From Nitrosopumilaceae archaeon (GTDB taxonomy: Archaea > Thermoproteota > Nitrososphaeria > Nitrososphaerales > Nitrosopumilaceae): DNA of 64,000 nt. The DNA lies in the NCBI GenBank assembly GCA_965207375.1, contig OZ242274.1:1092905-1156904 (forward strand), read 5' to 3'. Below the pieces are notes generated by a model. That model searched no databases. It was given only the letters and a program-made list of their open reading frames with translations, and was not told where the DNA came from. The position numbers and the translations under genes are program-made. Each line of letters opens with the position of its first letter. The first letter of the stretch is position 1. This document shows positions 57,788-64,000 of this stretch, piece after piece.

Positions 57788-58074
57788 ATTTTCCAAATTA
57801 AATTACTCCTTATTTAATATTCAGTGCACTTCAGATTGTAGCGTAACTCAAATTTTAGACACAAATTTATCACACTTTTAACTAGTTTAGAGAGTTACGT
57901 GATTATACGTACATTTGGAATTAGGCCTGTTTTGATGTTCTCTAGTTGAGACTTGGGATTTTCAGACCCATCAGACATCTATCTTTTTGAATTCAAAATT
58001 GACAAATAATTGAGCACAAGCTTGTTTTGTTGTATACTAAAAGAATAATATCAAACCATACAAGAAATATTTGA

Positions 58075-59568
58075 TTGGAATATTTTGAAAATAAATTTGT
58101 CAGACAAAATGCCATCGAAAAAAGAGATTATCAAACAAGTTTGGCAAAGCAGGCAATTGCAGAAAACTGCATAATAGTCCTGCCTACAGGATTGGGAAAA
58201 ACAACTGTGGCCTTGCAGGTAATTTGTGACTGTTTGCAAAAAGGAACCGGAGGAATTTTGTTTCTTGCCCCTACTAAAGTCCTAGTTAATCAACACTATG
58301 AATTTTTAAAAAAAAATATTCTGCTTGATGATATTGGTATAATCACAGGAGATGATGCGATTTTAAAACGCAAAAAGCTCTGGAGCAACAGCATTATTTG
58401 TGCCACCCCTGAAGTTACTAGAAATGATCTAATTCGTAAAATAGTAGAACCGAGGCAGTTTTCTTTGGTGATTTTTGATGAGGCACACAGGACAATAGGT
58501 GATTATGCATATTCTGGAATTGCTCAAAGTTTTGCCGATTGTAATGCTAGAATTATTGGAATGACTGCTACTTTACCTAGTGAGAAAGAAAAGGCCACTG
58601 AAATTTTAATGACGTTGCGTATTGCAAGTGTTGCCCAAAGAACAGAGAACAGCCAAGATGTAAAACCATATGTACAAGAAACAGACACTCACTGGATCAA
58701 AGTAAAACTCCCAGACGAACTAAGGTCAATCCAAACTTTGATCAAATTAGCATTAAATGAAAGATACGACACGCTACAAAAAAACGGAATTGACACTAGT
58801 CAAAAATCATTGTCTGCATTGTTGCGCGCCAGACCGTTTGTTCTAACTCAGAATAGAAGATCTGCCAAACCTCTCTTTACTGCAATACGAATTCATTATG
58901 CATTAAACATGCTAGAGGCTCACGGAATTACATCCTTTCTCAAATTTTGTGAAAGGGCCAAGGCAAAAAAGGGAGCAGGAGTCAAAGAGTTATTTGAGGT
59001 AGATCCAAATTTCACCCGTGCAATTCAATTGGCCCGTGCGGCACAACAGAGAGGAGTTGAGCATTCCAAAATTCCCAAACTTCGGGAAATTTTGAAAAAT
59101 CTTGACGGCAAAGCACTAGTTTTTTCAAGCTATCGTGATTCTGTAAATGTTATTCATAAAAATTTAATCGAGATGGGCATTGCATCGGGAATATTAATTG
59201 GAAAGGCAGGCGAGGAAGGATTGAAGCAAAAAAAGCAGATTGAGACTGTACAAAAATTCCGAGATGGCACATATCAGGTTTTAGTTGCAACGCGGGTAGG
59301 TGAGGAAGGCTTGGATATCTCTGAGGTAAACTTGGTGGTTTTTTATGATAATGTTCCAAGCTCAATTCGTTTTGTGCAACGCAGGGGACGAACGGGAAGA
59401 AAGGACGTGGGAAAACTCATAGTTTTGATTGCTGAGGACACCATTGATGAGACCTATTATTGGATAGGAAAGCGTAAAATCGAATCTGCAAGGACAATGG
59501 GAGACAAAATGACTCAGGTCCTAGATGATAGTAAAGAAAAAACCGGTCTTGATGCTTTTCTAGAGTGA
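58075..59568 (+). CDS. Hef/FANCM-like superfamily 2 helicase (helicase domains only)
   Basis: YQ...PTGLGKT (motif I), DEAH (VIFDEAHRT), and QRRGRTGR (motif VI). No ERCC4 nuclease domain. TTG start is uncertain. Confidence 0.85.
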   Translation: MEYFENKFVRQNAIEKRDYQTSLAKQAIAENCIIVLPTGLGKTTVALQVICDCLQKGTGGILFLAPTKVLVNQHYEFLKKNILLDDIGIITGDDAILKRKKLWSNSIICATPEVTRNDLIRKIVEPRQFSLVIFDEAHRTIGDYAYSGIAQSFADCNARIIGMTATLPSEKEKATEILMTLRIASVAQRTENSQDVKPYVQETDTHWIKVKLPDELRSIQTLIKLALNERYDTLQKNGIDTSQKSLSALLRARPFVLTQNRRSAKPLFTAIRIHYALNMLEAHGITSFLKFCERAKAKKGAGVKELFEVDPNFTRAIQLARAAQQRGVEHSKIPKLREILKNLDGKALVFSSYRDSVNVIHKNLIEMGIASGILIGKAGEEGLKQKKQIETVQKFRDGTYQVLVATRVGEEGLDISEVNLVVFYDNVPSSIRFVQRRGRTGRKDVGKLIVLIAEDTIDETYYWIGKRKIESARTMGDKMTQVLDDSKEKTGLDAFLE

Positions 59569-59622
59569 ATAAAAATAGATGTACTGTATAGTGATTATAT
59601 CAAACCTTGGACCTGACTTGCT

Positions 59623-59898
59623 CTAGCCAAATCTCTTGATAATATGATAGCCGAATTCGGATTTTACGGGCTCTGACACTTGACCTATTTGTAACTTAAA
59701 TGCTGTATCTTCAAACGGCTTTACCATTTTTCCTCGTGTAAAATATCCCAAACTTCCATCCCTTTTAGCACTGCCAGAGTCAATTGAAAACTCTTTGGCT
59801 AGTCTTCCAAATTTTTCTCCATTGTTTAGTTTAGTTAAAATATCTAGTGCCTCGCTCTGCTTTTTTACAAGAATATGTGAACATTTGATTTTATTCAT
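59623..59898 (-). CDS. pinA: Parvulin-type peptidyl-prolyl cis-trans isomerase
   Basis: CSHILVKK...GGSLGYF-type core (DGSLGYFTRGKMVKPFED) and GYHIIKR. Confidence 0.9.
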   Translation of the reverse strand: MNKIKCSHILVKKQSEALDILTKLNNGEKFGRLAKEFSIDSGSAKRDGSLGYFTRGKMVKPFEDTAFKLQIGQVSEPVKSEFGYHIIKRFG

Positions 59899-60077
59899 AC
59901 TAGTATTGAATAATACCGTCTTTTATTTTTAATGAAAATAGATTGCTCTGTTGGTAATATGTCATGGTGGGTTTTCCCAAATTTACCCAAGTTCTTGGTA
60001 TCCCATCACTGTATGATTGCCTATTTTGTTTCCCGATTGGCAAGACATGGACGACTCACGCGTTTTCAATTAATTTG

Positions 60078-60305
60078 TCAGGTATTTTTTTCGTCAAATA
60101 TTCGCCCTCTAATATCTGGGATTTTTTTGTATACCAAATCCCTAACCTTTTGTTGATCCTCTAAGGTAGGCATACCTCCTGTTTGTGCACTAAACATTGC
60201 ACTACCCATGGCTAAGGCCATACCCATTACCAATCCATAGACAAATTCCTTTGGATTTTCAACTTTGAGTTCGTCCTTGTTTTGCTCAATTTCTTGCAAA
60301 TGCAT
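60078..60305 (-). CDS. Hypothetical protein (75 aa)
   Basis: ORF with one hydrophobic segment (FVYGLVMGMALAMGSAMF). Confidence 0.4.
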   Translation of the reverse strand: MHLQEIEQNKDELKVENPKEFVYGLVMGMALAMGSAMFSAQTGGMPTLEDQQKVRDLVYKKIPDIRGRIFDEKNT

Positions 60306-60505
60306 GGAATTGTTGCAAGTGCTCCGTCTATTGTTTGACCAATTAATGTGTCAATCATGTCTTTGCTCATAAAACACTCTATTATTTACAGATATTAAAT
60401 CTGTGTAATGTTACAGGCAGGATACATAAAAGTGGAAATTTTACGAGTTTACAATTACCTCTATGTGACTAAGACTTTTAATCTAGTTTTAAAGAATTGT
60501 GTCCA

Positions 60506-60907
60506 ATGTTTGCATATTTTACACTAGCACAGGCAAATGACGTATTGCCAGATGTTATCAAAAAATTTGAAATAGTATTGGCAAAAAAGAATCAGGTTTC
60601 AAAAATTGAACACCAGTTGCAGGTCAGTGTATCTGTAAATAACAAATTTGAAGATTATGTAACACTAAAGCAAAAACTCAATTCTGCAATCTCTCAGTTT
60701 TATGCAGCAATTGAAGAATTAGAAGGTACTGGATTTGTAATAAAAAATATCGATGAAGGTCTAGGTGATTTTCCATCCTTGAGGTTTGATCAGGAGGTTT
60801 GGTTGTGTTGGAAATATGGAGAGACCGAAATCAAATTTTGGCACGAAAAAGATTCTGGATTTGCAGGCAGAAAGCCATTAGAGGTAGACGATGATACCTT
60901 GGTTTAG
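60506..60907 (+). CDS. DUF2203-like hypothetical protein
   Basis: MFAYFTLAQANDVLPDVIKKFE... and a later GDFPSLRFDQEVWLCWKYGE block. The family name is from memory. ATG 60506 is preferred over the upstream TTG. Confidence 0.6.
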   Translation: MFAYFTLAQANDVLPDVIKKFEIVLAKKNQVSKIEHQLQVSVSVNNKFEDYVTLKQKLNSAISQFYAAIEELEGTGFVIKNIDEGLGDFPSLRFDQEVWLCWKYGETEIKFWHEKDSGFAGRKPLEVDDDTLV

Positions 60908-61067
60908 ACAGATGTATAGGCAAATCGTGACATTTGCAATTTCTTCAAAAAAGACAAATGTTTGATTTGATAAAAATCGCAAATTAATCAATACGTTTAA
61001 AATTAAAGAATATTTTGGGCAAACTAGCAGGATATGATTTAATTAAACCAAAATCAAATTCTGATTT

Positions 61068-61598
61068 ATGCGTGCGTTGATGGTGGGTAGATTTCAACCA
61101 TTTCATTTGGGGCATTTGGATCTAGTGCGACAGATTCTTTTGCAAAATGACGAGATAATAATTGCAGTTACTAGCTCCCAGTTTAATTATCTGTCAAAGG
61201 ATCCCTTTACATCGGGGGAGAGAATTGAAATGATTCACAATTCTTTATGTGATGCAGGTATTGACATGTCAAAGTGTTTTGTTACTGCAATCCAAAACCA
61301 GTTCAATGTGGCAACCTGGGCAGGATACTTGAAGTCATCTTTACCTGCGTTTGACAAGGTGTATAGTGGAAATTCCTACGTCTCAATGCTACTTGAGAAT
61401 TCTGGAATTGATGTAATTGCTCCAAGATTTTTAGAGCGTCAAAAGTATACTGCAAGTAAGATACGTGATTTAATAGTCAATGGAGGAGATTGGAAATCAT
61501 GTGTTCCAAAGGCAGTTTCTGATATTATTGAAAAAATAGACGGCATAACCCGACTAGAGATCATAGCTGTATCTGATACTGACCCCACGGATCACTGA
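61068..61598 (+). CDS. Nicotinamide-nucleotide adenylyltransferase (archaeal type)
   Basis: GRFQPFHLGH nucleotidyltransferase motif. 176 aa. Confidence 0.9.
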   Translation: MRALMVGRFQPFHLGHLDLVRQILLQNDEIIIAVTSSQFNYLSKDPFTSGERIEMIHNSLCDAGIDMSKCFVTAIQNQFNVATWAGYLKSSLPAFDKVYSGNSYVSMLLENSGIDVIAPRFLERQKYTASKIRDLIVNGGDWKSCVPKAVSDIIEKIDGITRLEIIAVSDTDPTDH

Positions 61599-61605
61599 TG
61601 GTATC

Positions 61606-61719
61606 ATGCGTGCCTGCCCTATCTGTCCACAATGTGGCTCAAAACGGTTTGAGCGATTACCAAAAAAGGGTATGATTGTAAAATGTCGCAAATGTAACCA
61701 GATCATAGACATTTCATAG
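61606..61719 (+). CDS. Mini zinc-ribbon protein candidate (37 aa)
   Basis: MRACPICPQCGSKRFERLPKKGMIVKCRKCNQIIDIS has CxxCxxC...CxxC. It sits 8 nt after the NMNAT stop and is below the ORF-track cut-off. Confidence 0.4.
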   Translation: MRACPICPQCGSKRFERLPKKGMIVKCRKCNQIIDIS

Positions 61720-61748
61720 TTAATATTTGCAGTATTGTATCTAAAATT

Positions 61749-62747
61749 ATGGCAAAAACATGGAAGGATGCAGATATCAGCCTTGATCCAATAAAAAATC
61801 AGACAATAGCCGTAATTGGCTATGGGATACAGGGTCATGCGCAAGCAAACAACATGAAGGACTCTGGACTCAACGTAATTATTGGCCTTAAAGAAGGCAG
61901 GAACAGCTGGGAGCAGGCCAAAGCAGACGGTCATAAAGTAATGTCAGTGGCAGAGGCTACAAAAGCTGCCGACATTGTACACATATTGATTCCAGACATG
62001 ATTCAGGGCCAAGTTTACAAAGATGAAATCAAACCAAATCTTTCTAAAGGCAATACACTGTCATTTTCTCATGCTGCTGCAATATACTGGAAATGGATTG
62101 AGGCACCATCTGATGTTGATCTCATCATGGTGGCACCAAAAGGACCAGGCTCCAAAGTACGAGAGACATATCTTGATAATTTTGGAACCCCCTCTATTGT
62201 TGCAGTAGAACAGGACTTTACAGGAAAGGCCTGGGACAAAACATTGGGAATTGCAAAGGCAATCGGAAGTGCAAGAGCAGGATTAATTCAGACTAGCTTC
62301 AAAGAGGAGGTAGAAACTGATTGGTTTGGAGAGCAGGCAGACCTTTGTGGCGGCGCAGCATCAATGGTAACAAATGCGTTTGAAACTCTAGTTGAGGCAG
62401 GTTATCAGCCCGAGATTGCATACTTTGAGGTGTTACATGAGCTCAAACTCATAGTAGACATGATTCAAAGGTATGGAATCAACGGAATGTGGAGACGAGT
62501 TAGTGAGACTGCAAGATATGGCGGCCTGACTCGGGGTCCGATGGTCATGGATACTGTAAATAAACAAAATATGAAAAAAGTACTGACCATGATTCAGGAT
62601 GGCACATTTAACAAAGAGTGGATATCTGAATATCAAAAAAATGGAAAAGATGCATTTAACAAATATATCAAAGAGTATGAAGAGCATCAAATTGAAAAGG
62701 TCGGCAAACAAATGCGTAAAATGATGTGGCCTGATTCCACAGAATAA
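61749..62747 (+). CDS. ilvC: Ketol-acid reductoisomerase
   Basis: IAVIGYGIQGHAQANNMKDSG Rossmann motif and the class I length. Confidence 0.95.
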   Translation: MAKTWKDADISLDPIKNQTIAVIGYGIQGHAQANNMKDSGLNVIIGLKEGRNSWEQAKADGHKVMSVAEATKAADIVHILIPDMIQGQVYKDEIKPNLSKGNTLSFSHAAAIYWKWIEAPSDVDLIMVAPKGPGSKVRETYLDNFGTPSIVAVEQDFTGKAWDKTLGIAKAIGSARAGLIQTSFKEEVETDWFGEQADLCGGAASMVTNAFETLVEAGYQPEIAYFEVLHELKLIVDMIQRYGINGMWRRVSETARYGGLTRGPMVMDTVNKQNMKKVLTMIQDGTFNKEWISEYQKNGKDAFNKYIKEYEEHQIEKVGKQMRKMMWPDSTE

Positions 62748-63018
62748 TCTTTTTTCTATATTGATGTTTTGCATCAGGGTGTAACTATACCATAGTGCTT
62801 TTGCTATATGTTGCCCAAATATACTTGGAGTGTGCAAGTCGTGTCTTGGACATACTATCATAAAAAATCTGTGCCTGTACACGGTAGTCTCAGATGAGTC
62901 CATCATACAACGTGACATGGAACAAAAATTCCCTGATTCTGTAACTGCTTGGCTCACAGACATACTAGATGCCCAAGCATATCCAAAAAGACATAAGTTA
63001 TAATGTACACAAAATTTT

Positions 63019-63792
63019 ATGGTACGCAAGCCAAGAATAGGACTAGGTACAAGCATTGGAAAACACACTTGCATATCTCCTGAATGTAAAATTGGTAATA
63101 GAGTCAAAATTGGTGACGGTGTGATTATGGAAGGTAACATACAGGTAGGTGATAATACGATAATTGATCATGGGGTAATAATTCGGGGAACTACAAAGAT
63201 AGGAAAGGACAACTGGATATATCCATATGCTATAATAGGAACCGGACCAGAACATCGCGCATTTGCAGACAAGGTTCCATCAAAGCTTCGAATAGACATA
63301 GGAGATCGAAACATAATCCGAGAATATTGCAGGATACATCTGCCCACTGAATCAAAAAAGACCTCGCTTGGTTCTGACTGTTACATCATGACCAACTCTC
63401 ATCTTGCACACGACGTTACAGTACATGATCATGTAACCTTGTCTCCGCTAGTCATCTTAGGTGGACATACTGAGGTCTTTGAGTATGCAAACTTGGGAAT
63501 CAGTGCAGTAATACACCAGTTCTGCAAGATAGGATCATATACAATGGTGGCAATGAACAGCAGTATAACAAAGGACATACTGCCGTTTTCACTGATAAAC
63601 CGTCAAATGTTTACAAAAATAAACACAGTTGGGCTCAGTAGGGCAGGAGTTACAGAAAACGAGATTGAAAACATAAGAAAAATGTATCAGAATGGAGTTC
63701 CAAGGCAGCCCAAGACGTGGTATGAAAAAGAGGTCAGACGATTCATGCGCATCTCTACTAGGGGCACATATGAGCCCTCCTTTGACAAATAA
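63019..63792 (+). CDS. LpxA-family hexapeptide-repeat acyltransferase (UDP-GlcNAc O-acyltransferase homolog)
   Basis: Left-handed beta-helix repeats. SHLAHDVTVHD, LGGHTEV, VIHQFCKIG, and the C-terminal helical NTVGLSRAGVTENEIENIRKMY block parallel E. coli LpxA blocks (AHIAHDCTVGN, LAGHVSV, AVHQFCIIG, GLKRRGFS..I.AIRNAY). Confidence 0.8.
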   Translation: MVRKPRIGLGTSIGKHTCISPECKIGNRVKIGDGVIMEGNIQVGDNTIIDHGVIIRGTTKIGKDNWIYPYAIIGTGPEHRAFADKVPSKLRIDIGDRNIIREYCRIHLPTESKKTSLGSDCYIMTNSHLAHDVTVHDHVTLSPLVILGGHTEVFEYANLGISAVIHQFCKIGSYTMVAMNSSITKDILPFSLINRQMFTKINTVGLSRAGVTENEIENIRKMYQNGVPRQPKTWYEKEVRRFMRISTRGTYEPSFDK

Positions 63793-63805
63793 CCAAAGAA
63801 TCCAT

Positions 63806-64000
63806 TATATTTTTCTTAATTTGGAAACTCCGGTTGTAATATGATCAATAATTGTAGGCAATGAGGTTCCTGGACCAAATACGTGGTCTACTCCTGATTT
63901 TATCAGTCCTTTGTGGTCAATGTTTGGAATAACTCCTCCTCCAACAACTAGTACGTCTTTGATTCCTTTCTTTTTGAGTTCCTTGACGACCCTTGGAAAA
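63806..64000 (-). CDS. Methylmalonyl-CoA mutase, B12-binding subunit, C-terminal end (5' part is beyond the window)
   Basis: The minus-strand frame reads ...FPRVVKELKKKGIKDVLVVGGGVIPNIDHKGLIKSGVDHVFGPGTSLPTIIDHI..., typical of the cobalamin-binding domain tail. Confidence 0.75.

Noticed and set aside
60300-60370. A 22-codon ORF (MSKDMIDTLIGQTIDGALATIP) upstream of and +1 relative to the 75-aa ORF 60078..60305, suggesting a frameshifted gene
   Set aside because: From this sequence alone a real frameshift cannot be told apart from a chance upstream ORF. The ATG at 60303-60305 gives a self-sufficient ORF. Orthologs are needed.
62433-63140. The 235-aa minus-strand ORF and the many other 60-150-aa track ORFs lying antisense to or inside confident genes (for example 459..692, 1839..2078, 2416..2766, 8471..8740, 15086..15541, 41500..41937, 51042..51401)
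   Set aside because: These are shadow frames of well-supported genes on the opposite strand or in another frame. They have low-complexity, Cys/Ser/Phe-rich translations and no motifs.

Overview
AT-rich archaeal chromosome segment. Gene content and leaderless TATA-type promoters fit a marine ammonia-oxidising thaumarchaeon (Nitrosopumilus-like). Most of the window is dense core metabolism and information processing: pyrG, NAD kinase, S26e, a translationally coupled trpEGDCBA operon (no trpF), rlmN, ilvD, aRF1, cbtBA, phnDCE, tRNA-splicing endonuclease, ATP-dependent DNA ligase, class V FBP aldolase/phosphatase, EF-1alpha-S10-RpoP, ahcY, metG, PPDK, archaeal TIM, PolB, dCMP deaminase, a Hef-like helicase, parvulin, NMNAT, ilvC and the tail of a methylmalonyl-CoA mutase B12 subunit. 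Non-core content is as follows. (1) Two paralogous secreted surface-protein genes lie about 17 kb apart. They share an almost identical promoter and signal-peptide block containing a G10/G9 homopolymer. The complete copy also carries seven perfect 18-bp tandem repeats and three copies of an unassigned helical module. (2) A CRISPR-like pair of 37-nt direct repeats is separated by a 34-nt spacer, with no cas genes in the window. (3) A complete IS630-family element has 28-bp terminal inverted repeats (TIRs) and TA duplications, and both convergent neighbour genes terminate inside it. (4) An accessory islet at about 32.6-36.6 kb holds a complete IS66-family element nested, with an 8-bp target duplication, inside an older decayed copy. 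It also holds a further transposase fragment and a RelE/ParE toxin-antitoxin pair whose toxin is cut by an in-frame TAG. (5) Several unusual genes are present: a two-domain 588-aa SDR, a clear LpxA-family acyltransferase in an archaeon, a C2H2 zinc-finger plus triple zinc-ribbon operon, a threefold internally repeated orphan protein, and an EF-Tu-like protein with a degenerate G domain. (6) Candidate operators include an 18-bp perfect GC-rich palindrome in the trp divergent promoter and a shared 26-nt motif upstream of a tandem ArsR pair and of phnDCE. No tRNA, rRNA or convincing structured ncRNA gene was found. No complete multi-gene system of obviously novel type (for example a defence system) could be demonstrated from the sequence alone.
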